In this document: piece by piece, positions 36,011 through 45,434 of the stretch | Layout: each line of letters opens with the position of its first letter | Position numbering within the stretch: position 1 is the stretch's first letter | From: an uncultured Clostridium sp. | GTDB taxonomy: Bacteria > Bacillota > Clostridia > Lachnospirales > Lachnospiraceae | Direction: 5' to 3' | DNA: 64,000 nt | NCBI GenBank assembly: GCA_947178445.1 | Contig: CAMWYJ010000002.1 | Span: 96,479-160,478, forward strand | Notes under the pieces: generated by a model | Seen by the model: only the letters and a program-made list of their open reading frames with translations | What the model was told of the DNA's origin: nothing | Databases searched by the model: none | Made by a program: the position numbers and the translations under genes

Positions 36011-36060
36011 ATATTAGACTCTTGTCAGTACAGACAGATCGTTTCGCCGCACCATAATAT

Positions 36061-37110
36061 TTATATTATCTTGTCCAAAAGATAATAATTATAATTCGCT
36101 TTTTTTAATATTTTTTCAGGAATCTCTATTTTATCAGAATAGAAACTGTTAATACTATTTTTCACCTTTTCATAAGATGCATTAAAAATATCCATACACC
36201 TTTCTGAATATCCAATTTGCTCATAATATAAACTTGTCTTTGCATATTGTACAGAAAAACTCATAACAGATTTTTTCAACGTACAACCAACAATCCCAAC
36301 ATGAAATTTTCCTGTTATTACGCAATCCACATTATCAATAATTGTTATCAACTGACTGACATCTCTATACTTAAAAGTCATACAACGGTTTTTAGGAAAA
36401 TGCCGAGCAAACTCTTTAATCTCAGCATAACCGGCATAACCACCTATACCATCTGCACCTATTACAAAAACAATATCATCCCGTGTAAAAAACAGTTCCC
36501 GTACAGCTTGATAAACCTTATCTAAGTATTCCTTAACATTTAAATAATGAATAAATATTACTTTTTTTCCAGAATAACTTTCTTTTATCTTTCGTGATTC
36601 AGCACATTCTTTAATAAAATTATGCGAAATGAGAGTTTGTGCTGTATCTGCCGTAACGTATATTTTCTTCTTACCAGCTCCAACTTTTTGTAATAATCTT
36701 TTACTTTTATAATCCCTTACAGAAATTAAAACAGCTCTTTTTGCAATCAGTCCTAACATCTTATCCAGTAGCGGATATTCATAAGGTCCTATTCCCTGTG
36801 CTAGTAATATAATTTTTTTCTTTAAAAAAACTGCCTTAATACCTGGATAATAATATCTGGTTACTCTCTGTATTGTTTTTTTCAGAGAACCTGAATACCA
36901 ATGTTCAATATAACCCAAGTACCCTCCTGGTATAAAAATAAAAAAATCACACTCATTAATCTCTTTTAAAGTTGTATCTTTGTTATAATCAACTATTTGT
37001 AAGTTATTATCATATTTCCGAAGATTATTTATCAATATCTGCCTTAATAAATCATCTCCAAAATTTCCCACTTCACATTGCAGCGCTCCACAAAGCATTA
37101 TCTTCCTCAT
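36061..37110 (-). CDS. Polysaccharide pyruvyl transferase family protein (CsaB/WcaK-like)
   Basis: 349 aa. N-terminal GALQCEVGNFGDDLL and the general layout are typical of PS_pyruv_trans proteins. Confidence 0.7.
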   Translation of the reverse strand: MRKIMLCGALQCEVGNFGDDLLRQILINNLRKYDNNLQIVDYNKDTTLKEINECDFFIFIPGGYLGYIEHWYSGSLKKTIQRVTRYYYPGIKAVFLKKKIILLAQGIGPYEYPLLDKMLGLIAKRAVLISVRDYKSKRLLQKVGAGKKKIYVTADTAQTLISHNFIKECAESRKIKESYSGKKVIFIHYLNVKEYLDKVYQAVRELFFTRDDIVFVIGADGIGGYAGYAEIKEFARHFPKNRCMTFKYRDVSQLITIIDNVDCVITGKFHVGIVGCTLKKSVMSFSVQYAKTSLYYEQIGYSERCMDIFNASYEKVKNSINSFYSDKIEIPEKILKKANYNYYLLDKII

Positions 37111-37135
37111 ATCGTATCCTTTCTATTTTCTAAAA

Positions 37136-37723
37136 TCATCTATTTGACCAATACTCTAAAATTTGTTGGACTTTCTCTTTTTGAAATTGCTCGGGTGTTA
37201 GAACATAATAATTAAATTCTGCATCACGTATTGTCACTGTTTTGATTTTTTCAAATCCAAGCTGCTTTGAAAACGAATTCATTACTCGATTATCCTTTTT
37301 ATTTTCATTGACCATTCGATTTAAATGCAAGATTTCAAATGCAAATTGTATCGTTAAATATTTTGCTTCAATTGCATATGGTGCTTCTTTGGCATAATTC
37401 TCATCAATAATACAACTACCTTCCTCACAGGAACCGTCACTGATATCATAAAGCCTTATCGTTCCAACCAAATTTCCCTTCTTATTATGTATTCCCCAAT
37501 AAATATCATCCTTCCGGATGCAGTATTTCTGATACCATATTCTTTGTTGTTCTAAAGTAATGTCTGACTCCTGATGTAAAAAATATTTATTTCTTTCCTG
37601 ATTTCTTAACATTACAATATCATTCAAATCTATTTCTCTAATTGGAATGAGATTACAAAAACTACCTTCTATAACATTTTGCTTATAACTAAATACTATT
37701 TCCTCAAGATTCATTTTCATCAC
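37136..37723 (-). CDS. GNAT-family N-acetyltransferase (RimJ/RimL-like)
   Basis: 195 aa with the Acetyltransf_3-type pattern (..NEN..NRVMNSFSKQLGFEKI..). Overlaps the upstream gene by 20 nt. Confidence 0.7.
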   Translation of the reverse strand: MMKMNLEEIVFSYKQNVIEGSFCNLIPIREIDLNDIVMLRNQERNKYFLHQESDITLEQQRIWYQKYCIRKDDIYWGIHNKKGNLVGTIRLYDISDGSCEEGSCIIDENYAKEAPYAIEAKYLTIQFAFEILHLNRMVNENKKDNRVMNSFSKQLGFEKIKTVTIRDAEFNYYVLTPEQFQKEKVQQILEYWSNR

Positions 37724-38099
37724 CTGATTCTAATAATTCAACCAAACCAATCTGTGACATTAAGAATACTACTTTTCTGTTATTGAATAAAATTGCACTC
37801 TTTTCATCAGATACTAAAACTGCACCACTCGCAATCCATTTCTCTTTTTCCTGTTCTATATTTGCCACTTCATAGCATGTATGATATAAATTAATATGTT
37901 TTTTGACAAATCTGCTAACAGCATTTCCTTCTATTAACTCCACTCTTCCAGAACCTTCTAATTCTAACATGCACAACCATGCATCCTGTAAAGGATCATA
38001 TATTTTTTCAGTTCTACTCACAATTACTGTAACCGTTTCTAAAAACTCTATTGTCTTATCTATATTATCCGTTGCAATTCCAACATGGTGTAATTTCAT
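37704..38099 (-). CDS. VOC-family protein (glyoxalase/methylmalonyl-CoA epimerase-like)
   Basis: MKLHHVGIATDNIDKTIEF start and about 130-aa size are typical of the VOC fold. Confidence 0.7.
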   Translation of the reverse strand: MKLHHVGIATDNIDKTIEFLETVTVIVSRTEKIYDPLQDAWLCMLELEGSGRVELIEGNAVSRFVKKHINLYHTCYEVANIEQEKEKWIASGAVLVSDEKSAILFNNRKVVFLMSQIGLVELLESGDENES

Positions 38100-38102
38100 T
38101 TT

Positions 38103-38339
38103 CTATCTTCCTTTACTTTCAATCAAACTAAGTAATTCTCCAACTGTAGCTAAACTTGCAATTTCCTCTGTTGTAAATTTTATGCCAAACTCCATTTCCA
38201 CTTCCATAATCATTTGAAAATGTGTTAATGAATCCCATCCTTCTATATCATCAGCTGTAATTCCCGGTGCAATTACCAACTCTTCGTCTTCAAATACTTC
38301 TCTAAATATTTCTTGTATTTTTTCTTCTATCTCGTTCAT
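38103..38339 (-). CDS. Acyl carrier protein
   Basis: 78 aa and acidic, with the phosphopantetheine attachment motif GWDSLTHFQ. Confidence 0.8.
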   Translation of the reverse strand: MNEIEEKIQEIFREVFEDEELVIAPGITADDIEGWDSLTHFQMIMEVEMEFGIKFTTEEIASLATVGELLSLIESKGR

Positions 38340-38342
38340 TTT

Positions 38343-40148
38343 CTAATCCTCCATAATATAAATTTGAAATACTGGTCTACTTTCTATATCATATTGGTAG
38401 ATCCTACTGTTTTTCTCTGTTTTTCCATCTTCAACATCTATTTCGCTAAAGCCCAATTGCGGATACAATTCTTTAACCAACACATTTTTTTCTGTAGGAA
38501 TGTATTCACCTATGACCTTATCACAATTGTGCTCATCTGCCCAATCATAAATATGTTGAAACACCAGATATTCTAATCCACGTTTTAATATTCGGCAACT
38601 CATAACCCATGTATCAATAAAACAGACGTTATCCTGCTTTTGCAAGATAACACAAGCAATACATCCATAATCACTAAATTTATCTTTTAATGAGACTGCT
38701 ATTAAACCATAATCCTCCCTGCCTAATAAACTTTCTATATAGGTATCCAAATACCTTCTTGTACGGACATTAAATTGGTTTGATTTATTTATTAACTGAA
38801 CAAACCTCTTTAACATTTTAGAAGTCACTTCTAAGATGTTTGCTTTCATTTCTAAAGCTTTCAAATATTCATCATAATTCAATGATATCTCCTGCAATTC
38901 TATCCTGGCACGATTCTTCTCATAAGTCTCTGCCCTGGCATAATCCTCTGGCGTTATTTGAAGCCACTCGAAAGCCCAAACTGCATCTAATGCGTTCACA
39001 TAATTTGCAGGATCCTCAGGTACATCAACCACTGTCACTTCAGGAAGATTCATTCGCACGATTTCCCTCTCCGCAGGATTATCATCAAAAAAAACCATAC
39101 TATCCAATCCTATATTTATTTCTTCAGCAATTTTTTTAATATTAGATGCCTTGTCCTGCCAGTTTGCCTGAAACGAAGCAAAATCATTTAAGGATAACGG
39201 CATTTTTTTATTATATTTAAAGGGCTGTTCTGCTATTTCCCTGTCATTTTTACTACATACAGCCAATAAAATTCCTCTGTTATTCAACTCTTTCAAATAT
39301 TTTTGAAATGTAAGATAAGACTCCCCTACAGCATCATTAACATCAATCCTTATCCCATCCCATCCTTCTTCTGCTACAATTCCACCCCATAATGTATTAT
39401 CCAAATCAAGTACTATACATTTTTTTATTTTTCCTCTCCACGCAACAATCAGCTTCACAAACATCTCCACAACATCTCCAATATACTGCAAAGAAAAAGA
39501 AACTTTACTTAATGCATACAGAGAACTATCAAACCAATTCTTTTTACCATAAAGCGAAGCTAAATACTCCAAATCAACTATTACAACATTATCAGAATGC
39601 TGTTGTGTTAATTCGATGTTCAACCGTTTTATAAAGTTATGTTGTGAAAATATATAATTTGCTTCAAGGTTGCCAAGTACTCTTTCGATCGGAATAACAA
39701 AATTTCCCTGTAATATCTTTGTCTGTGGTAAATATTTTTTAATGATGCCCCATATATTTTTATAATCGTCTATATAATATTTTATTAGTTTATTAATCCC
39801 ATCAATATCTTCATTATATTGTGGCAACTGGTTAATATCACGATAATCTGGCAATATAATTAGTATATCTGGCTGAAATTGAAAAAGAGCGGACTCTCCA
39901 TTCAAAACATCCATTTTAATCCCATTATATTCACCCTCATATATATCTGCACTTACCCCTTCTTTATAGAGTAAAAGTCTTAAAACTTGTACAAAATATT
40001 GAATGCTACATGATCCAAGAACCGCAACCTTTATATCAGAAGGCGTTGTATTCACAATATTTTTCACTTTTTTTGCAAGACGTAAAATACTACGATAGTC
40101 ACTCAAATGCAAGTTTTTTATTTCTTCCTGTACTTCTCTTATCTGCAT
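38343..40148 (-). CDS. FkbH-like HAD-IIIC phosphatase/acyl-loading protein
   Basis: HAD motif I VLDLDNTLWGG, CSKNDRE, FFDDNPAERE, and a C-terminal GNAT-like region; this is the FkbH-like domain layout. ATG at 40148 follows AGAGGTG. Confidence 0.75.
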   Translation of the reverse strand: MQIREVQEEIKNLHLSDYRSILRLAKKVKNIVNTTPSDIKVAVLGSCSIQYFVQVLRLLLYKEGVSADIYEGEYNGIKMDVLNGESALFQFQPDILIILPDYRDINQLPQYNEDIDGINKLIKYYIDDYKNIWGIIKKYLPQTKILQGNFVIPIERVLGNLEANYIFSQHNFIKRLNIELTQQHSDNVVIVDLEYLASLYGKKNWFDSSLYALSKVSFSLQYIGDVVEMFVKLIVAWRGKIKKCIVLDLDNTLWGGIVAEEGWDGIRIDVNDAVGESYLTFQKYLKELNNRGILLAVCSKNDREIAEQPFKYNKKMPLSLNDFASFQANWQDKASNIKKIAEEINIGLDSMVFFDDNPAEREIVRMNLPEVTVVDVPEDPANYVNALDAVWAFEWLQITPEDYARAETYEKNRARIELQEISLNYDEYLKALEMKANILEVTSKMLKRFVQLINKSNQFNVRTRRYLDTYIESLLGREDYGLIAVSLKDKFSDYGCIACVILQKQDNVCFIDTWVMSCRILKRGLEYLVFQHIYDWADEHNCDKVIGEYIPTEKNVLVKELYPQLGFSEIDVEDGKTEKNSRIYQYDIESRPVFQIYIMED

Positions 40149-40279
40149 TAGCACTGCACCTCTTCAAAATACATCTCTACTAAGTGTTTATCCAATTGAC
40201 CCCTTCATATATTACTGGAATATCTAGTCCCTCTCTTGTATCATATATATCATTCATATACATTACTTACAATAATATT

Positions 40280-40308
40280 ATTATATCCATTTAAACACTA
40301 TTTTTCAA
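40280..40308 (-). promoter_or_regulatory. Internal sigma-A promoter for the FkbH sub-operon
   Basis: Minus strand TTGAAA-17 nt-TATAAT (-35 at 40303-40308, -10 at 40280-40285) in the 212-bp gap. Confidence 0.6.
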
Positions 40309-40366
40309 GCATAAGTAAAACCAGAGCCGACCGTTGTTCTAGCGATTTATTACAATTTATCCTCAC

Positions 40367-41425
40367 CTATTGAATATCATCCTGCAAGCCTTCATTTACA
40401 ACATATGCCGCAATACGCCTGGCTCCATTTCCGTCAACTAATGACTGCATGCGTATAGATTTACTTTTCCGTTCCTCATAATGATTCTTGTAAAATAAAA
40501 GTGATTTCACACATTGCTCTATACATTTTTGATGATTCTGATAAGCATTACCGGCATACAGCATACAGCCAGCTTTTTCCCATACTACTGCTCCTTCCTG
40601 ATTCTCTGCCACTTCCAAACAGATAGAAGGAATTCCGCAGGCGCATAGCTCATAGGTAGTTGTTCCCGCTGCGGATACAGCAACATCACATTCACGCATC
40701 CAGCCAGCCATATTATCCACATTCTCATGCAGGCAGATATTGGAATGTAAACCTGCCAAGAGATGCAGCATCTCTTTATTCTGATTAAAACATCCAACAA
40801 TTACATGATACTCCAATTCCATCAATTCAGAATTCCTAAGCACAGCATCTAACAAATCACCCGCCACATTTAACTGATCTGTTCCTCCTGTTGTAATAAG
40901 TACTTTCCTGACCTGCGCATGCACCTCATAGGATTTCAAGGCAAATTCTTCTCTCAATGGAATATAACGACTTCCTATCAAAAAACGGGGATTTATACCC
41001 GTTAACTGATACACACTTTCATATAAATTTTCATCTGCAAAAGCACTATAATTAATCACAGTATCTACAGGATATGCAAACCGGCGCAAATCATCAATAT
41101 AAATTATTCTTGTATATTGTGATACCTTCTGTAAATATTCCTCTGTCACAAAATAGCTGTCCATAAGAAGAACCTCTACATGATGCTCTTTCACATAATC
41201 ACATAGCTTCTCTGTCTCCTGATCAAGCTCATTCCAAATAGTTTCTAATACATCCACGAAAAAGCCTTTTTGTTTGATTAACTTGCAGGGTCTGTCATCC
41301 GCCACCACAAAGGTAACCTCTGCTCCCATTTTCCGTATCTGCTCTGCAACAGACAAGCACCTCATAACATGTCCCGTTGCTATTATCTCATTACCATCGA
41401 CACGTATATATACATGATTTATCAT
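40367..41425 (-). CDS. pseG: UDP-2,4-diacetamido-2,4,6-trideoxy-beta-L-altropyranose hydrolase
   Basis: IRVDGNEIIATGHVMRCLSVAEQ N-terminus and a GT28-like C-half typical of PseG. Adjacent to pseC. Confidence 0.78.
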   Translation of the reverse strand: MINHVYIRVDGNEIIATGHVMRCLSVAEQIRKMGAEVTFVVADDRPCKLIKQKGFFVDVLETIWNELDQETEKLCDYVKEHHVEVLLMDSYFVTEEYLQKVSQYTRIIYIDDLRRFAYPVDTVINYSAFADENLYESVYQLTGINPRFLIGSRYIPLREEFALKSYEVHAQVRKVLITTGGTDQLNVAGDLLDAVLRNSELMELEYHVIVGCFNQNKEMLHLLAGLHSNICLHENVDNMAGWMRECDVAVSAAGTTTYELCACGIPSICLEVAENQEGAVVWEKAGCMLYAGNAYQNHQKCIEQCVKSLLFYKNHYEERKSKSIRMQSLVDGNGARRIAAYVVNEGLQDDIQ

Positions 41426-41444
41426 ATTACTATCTTTCCTACTA

Positions 41445-42584
41445 TTACATTTTCAATTGTTTTTCAACAATTTCGATTGTTTGCTCTACCACATAATCTA
41501 CCTGTTCCTCTGTCATACCTGCAAATAACGGAAGCGTAATCGCTCTGTCATAGAACTCCTCTGCATTCGGACAACAGACATCCTGATAACCATGTGTTTG
41601 ATAATATGGATGTTTATATACTGGAATATAATGTACATTTACTCCAATCCCAATTCTTCGCAGTTCCTCAAATACATTCTTCCTGATTGCTGCTGGAACC
41701 TGAACCATATATAGATGGTAGCTGCTTAAACAGTCCGGATGCTGGTAGGGTGTAACAATATTGGAATTACCTGCAAATCCTCTGTCATACCTGTCCGCTA
41801 ACTCTCTTCTATGTTTCGCAAAAGCGTCCAGCTTCTTCATCTGGGAAATCCCCAACGCACATTGGATATCGGTGATGCGGTAATTATATCCTAGTGCTAA
41901 CTGTTCATAATACCACGGACCATCATGGTTTTCTAAAAATTTCTCTTCTCTTGTAATTCCATGTGTATGATATAGTTTTAACTTCTCATACAAATCCTTA
42001 TCATTCGTTGTTACCATTCCGCCTTCTCCAGTTGTTACCGGCTTCACTGGATGAAAACTAAAGGTTGTCATATCGGATATGGTGCCAATTTTTCTTCCTT
42101 TATACTCACCACTAATAACCTGGGCACCATCCTCAATTACAATTAAATGATGCTTTTTTGCTATTTCAGTAATGGCATCCATTTCACAAGGCTGACCTGT
42201 GTAGTGAACAGGAATAATTGCTTTCGTCTTTGAAGTAATTTTACGTTCTATATCCTCTGGGTCAATATTATAAGTATCCTTCTTAATATCCGCAAATACT
42301 GGAGTTCCCCCACAATAAAGGACACAATTTGCTGACGCCGCAAAAGTAATTGGAGATGTAATCACTTCGTCACCCTGTCCGATTCCCGCTGCCAGACAGG
42401 CAATATGGAGTGCTGCTGTTCCATTTGATACGGCTACCGCATATTTAGCCCCTACATAATCTGCCACTATCTGCTCAAATTCAGCCACCTTTGGCCCCGT
42501 TGTAAGATAGTCGGAACGCAGTACATCCACAACCGCTTGTATATCTTCTTCATCTACTAATTGTCTTCCATATGGTATGAACAT
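41445..42584 (-). CDS. pseC: UDP-4-amino-4,6-dideoxy-N-acetyl-beta-L-altrosamine transaminase
   Basis: IPYGRQLVDEEDIQAVVDVLRSDYLTTGPKV start and a DegT-type PLP block (SFHPVKPVTTGEGG) are characteristic of PseC. Confidence 0.85.
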   Translation of the reverse strand: MFIPYGRQLVDEEDIQAVVDVLRSDYLTTGPKVAEFEQIVADYVGAKYAVAVSNGTAALHIACLAAGIGQGDEVITSPITFAASANCVLYCGGTPVFADIKKDTYNIDPEDIERKITSKTKAIIPVHYTGQPCEMDAITEIAKKHHLIVIEDGAQVISGEYKGRKIGTISDMTTFSFHPVKPVTTGEGGMVTTNDKDLYEKLKLYHTHGITREEKFLENHDGPWYYEQLALGYNYRITDIQCALGISQMKKLDAFAKHRRELADRYDRGFAGNSNIVTPYQHPDCLSSYHLYMVQVPAAIRKNVFEELRRIGIGVNVHYIPVYKHPYYQTHGYQDVCCPNAEEFYDRAITLPLFAGMTEEQVDYVVEQTIEIVEKQLKM

Positions 42585-42611
42585 ATATGCTTTCCTCCAT
42601 CTATATATAAC

Positions 42612-43940
42612 CTATCTCTTCTTCTTAAATCTGTCACCATAAAATGTCTCTGTTGTCAATCTGTATGAAACCGGTCTTTTATATGATTCCAAATTTTCTT
42701 TACAATATTTTCTTAATTGTTTGATATAATCCCTGTTATTATTTTTATCTTCTACACAAATATTGGCAATAACACTTTGTCCTGTAATTGGATTTGCCTC
42801 ACCATAAACATATACATCTTTCACTCCATCAAAAGATAATAAAACACTTTCTATCTCATTTGGATATACTTTTTCTCCGCCTACATTTATTAAATCTGTA
42901 GTTCGACCCAATATTTTAAGATAATCCCCTTTTACCTCAACCTTGTCCTTTGTATTAAACCAGCCCTCTTCATCAAATGGAGATGGGGCATTCAGGTAAC
43001 CTATCATTGCGGATCTGGCTTTTATATATAAAATATCATCTTCTATTTTTGTTTCGTATCCCATGCCGCCTATTTTCATCCAAAGAGAATCTGAACTTTC
43101 CGACTTCGTAGACATAATGCCAATTTCTGATAAGCCATAAGTTTGTTTTAATCTCACATCTGGCAGAATTTTATGCAATTGCTTTAACGTCGACTCCGGC
43201 ATTGGTTCTGTACCATATGATATCATCTTAAGGCTGGATAAATCATATTTCTCATAAACTCTGCTCAAAAGAATCATATTGATAAATGTCGGTGATGTCG
43301 GTAAAAGCTCTATATCATACTTCTCAATAATTCCACACACTTCTTCGGGACTTCTGGTTTTCAAGGTAGCAATCATACACCCGCTTGACAATGAATGCAT
43401 GATTGTATTAAATCCACCTATATGATCAAACAGCAAAAATGTAACTGTACGTAAACATTTTCCCGGCTGATTAAATTTTTCTATTAAATAAGTTAAATCA
43501 TGCAACGCTGCTTTTGGCTCTCCAGTTGTTCCAGATGAAAATAGTATTAACCCCGGAGCTTTTTTTTCAATCAAGCCACGCAGCATTTCATGTTTCACTT
43601 CATAGTCAGTTTTCCTAATCTCTATATCCTCTTGCAAATTGATGACATATTGACTTTCAGAAATTCTAATATAATTCTCTTTTCCTTTAATCGTTTTCGA
43701 TATAGGAACGATGATAACATCACGCTCTATTAAAGCAACCAAAAACGCAATTGACACAGGTGTAAACTCTGCTATAATAGAAACAACATTTCCTGAAGAA
43801 ATATTGTTCTCCTCCAATAACTTTGTAACCTTTTGATATTCCTCATAAATATCTCCAAAAGTATATTCTTTATTATCTGAAACTACAGCCAGTTTGTCCT
43901 TGTTCTCTCTTAATCGATCTAATATATAATCTATCTTCAT
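42612..43940 (-). CDS. AMP-dependent adenylating enzyme (acyl/aminoacyl-carrier-protein ligase-like)
   Basis: AMP-binding signature LFSSGTTGEPKA, YGLSE and GEKVYPNEIE. 442 aa (short C-domain). ATGA overlap with the upstream SDR. Confidence 0.82.
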   Translation of the reverse strand: MKIDYILDRLRENKDKLAVVSDNKEYTFGDIYEEYQKVTKLLEENNISSGNVVSIIAEFTPVSIAFLVALIERDVIIVPISKTIKGKENYIRISESQYVINLQEDIEIRKTDYEVKHEMLRGLIEKKAPGLILFSSGTTGEPKAALHDLTYLIEKFNQPGKCLRTVTFLLFDHIGGFNTIMHSLSSGCMIATLKTRSPEEVCGIIEKYDIELLPTSPTFINMILLSRVYEKYDLSSLKMISYGTEPMPESTLKQLHKILPDVRLKQTYGLSEIGIMSTKSESSDSLWMKIGGMGYETKIEDDILYIKARSAMIGYLNAPSPFDEEGWFNTKDKVEVKGDYLKILGRTTDLINVGGEKVYPNEIESVLLSFDGVKDVYVYGEANPITGQSVIANICVEDKNNNRDYIKQLRKYCKENLESYKRPVSYRLTTETFYGDRFKKKR

Positions 43941-44632
43941 CGATTCACCCCTCCTAAATATATAATCTGCCCTGTTATAAAGTCACTGCTAGGATTTAGG
44001 TAAAAGTCAATTACATTGATTATATCCTTAAACTCACCAAAACGATGAATTGCCTGGTTATCTAACAACTTATTCAATTTCTCTTCTGGTACTTTTGCAA
44101 TCAAATCTGTTTTTATTGGAGTTGGTCCTACAGCATTAACTGTAATACGAAACATTGCCAATTCTTTAGCCAATATTTTGGTCATGCTTTCAACTGCCGC
44201 TTTAGAAGAAGAATAGGCCATTTCTCCCTCTAAATTAAATGGTACTGCTACTGTTGAAAAATTAACAACTCTTGGATGCTCAGATTTCTTAAGCAAAGAG
44301 GCAAATGCTCGGATGCAAATCAGTCCTCCAAGATAATTGACCTCCATCAAATGCTTTGCAGTCTCGATAGGGGTCATCATAAAATGATTCATTGCTGCTA
44401 TTCCCGCATTGTTAATCAAAACGTCAACAAATTTGTAGTCTCTACGTACCTGCTTTGCAAAATCATTCACTTGCTTTTCATCACATACATCTACAACAAA
44501 ATGCCTGTACTGATCATGCACAATTTGACTTTCATGACGACTACACCCTATAACGGTATGCCCTTTCTCAAGATAATACTGAGCAATATTATATCCAATT
44601 CCTTTATGTGTACCTGTAATCACAATATTCAT
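43937..44632 (-). CDS. SDR-family oxidoreductase
   Basis: VITGTHKGIG cofactor motif, NNAG, YSSSKAA catalytic motif. Confidence 0.85.
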   Translation of the reverse strand: MNIVITGTHKGIGYNIAQYYLEKGHTVIGCSRHESQIVHDQYRHFVVDVCDEKQVNDFAKQVRRDYKFVDVLINNAGIAAMNHFMMTPIETAKHLMEVNYLGGLICIRAFASLLKKSEHPRVVNFSTVAVPFNLEGEMAYSSSKAAVESMTKILAKELAMFRITVNAVGPTPIKTDLIAKVPEEKLNKLLDNQAIHRFGEFKDIINVIDFYLNPSSDFITGQIIYLGGVNR

Positions 44633-44634
44633 TA

Positions 44635-44925
44635 TTATTCTACTTCCTTTATAAGTTCAGCAATAAATTCCTCTAATGTCTCAAATGAATAGAACGGACT
44701 TCTTTCTCTTGAAAAAGCCTTATCTGACACAATCCTTATATCCTTATCCAATTCATCTGAAATCCGTTCTTCAATAATCGTAATAAACGTAACAAACTCC
44801 ATAGAATCAATAGCGGCCTTTTTTCCTATCAACCTGACATCTTCGGAATATACCAGCTGTCTATCGTCATCCAATTGCTCATTTAATTCCTCAATAGAAT
44901 CCATTATAATCTCTTTAACCGTCAT
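44635..44925 (-). CDS. Carrier protein (ACP/PCP-like)
   Basis: 96 aa and acidic, with an IDSMEFVTFI Ser motif. Abuts the SDR and adenylase genes. Confidence 0.6.
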   Translation of the reverse strand: MTVKEIIMDSIEELNEQLDDDRQLVYSEDVRLIGKKAAIDSMEFVTFITIIEERISDELDKDIRIVSDKAFSRERSPFYSFETLEEFIAELIKEVE

Positions 44926-44964
44926 ACTCTTAACTCCTTACATACATATAATCACTTCACTCAC

Positions 44965-45366
44965 TTATGACTCTTTAATAAACTTTAGAAATTCATCGTA
45001 ATCTCTTATATAATCTTCTTCCTTATATACTTCGGAAGCCAAACACATTAGTACCGCATCTGCAGAAAAATCATACATTTCTCTCCACATATTATTAGGT
45101 ACATATAAGCCTTCATATGGCTTTTCCAGAAAAACTTTTTTCTTTTCTCTTCCGTTGTCCAATAATATCTTGCATGAACCATGAATACATATTAATATCT
45201 GCTCTAAAGTTTTATGTGCATGATATCCCCGAACTACACCTTCACCCGTATCATACATATAATAAACTCGTTTAATTTCAAAAGGAATATCATTAAATTC
45301 CTCTAAAGCAACAAGCTGTCCTCTCTCATCACCATGCTGCTGAAATTGATATTTTATAATCTGCAT
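44965..45366 (-). CDS. FdtA/WxcM-like cupin (sugar 3,4-ketoisomerase family)
   Basis: HGDERGQLVALE..PFEIKRVYYMYD..RGYHAHK..Q is the WxcM/FdtA signature. Confidence 0.78.
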   Translation of the reverse strand: MQIIKYQFQQHGDERGQLVALEEFNDIPFEIKRVYYMYDTGEGVVRGYHAHKTLEQILICIHGSCKILLDNGREKKKVFLEKPYEGLYVPNNMWREMYDFSADAVLMCLASEVYKEEDYIRDYDEFLKFIKES

Positions 45367-45434
45367 CTCATCTTCCTCTCTCTGCTAAAATTACTATCAA
45401 TCTTCCTATTTTTCATTCGATTTAACTCCTGTGT

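Noticed and set aside
23110-36060. Prophage, ICE or defence island interpretation of the middle region
   Set aside because: I recognised no integrase, recombinase, terminase, capsid, restriction-modification, Cas, or known defence ATPase/nuclease architectures. Only isolated remnants and one WHH domain are present.
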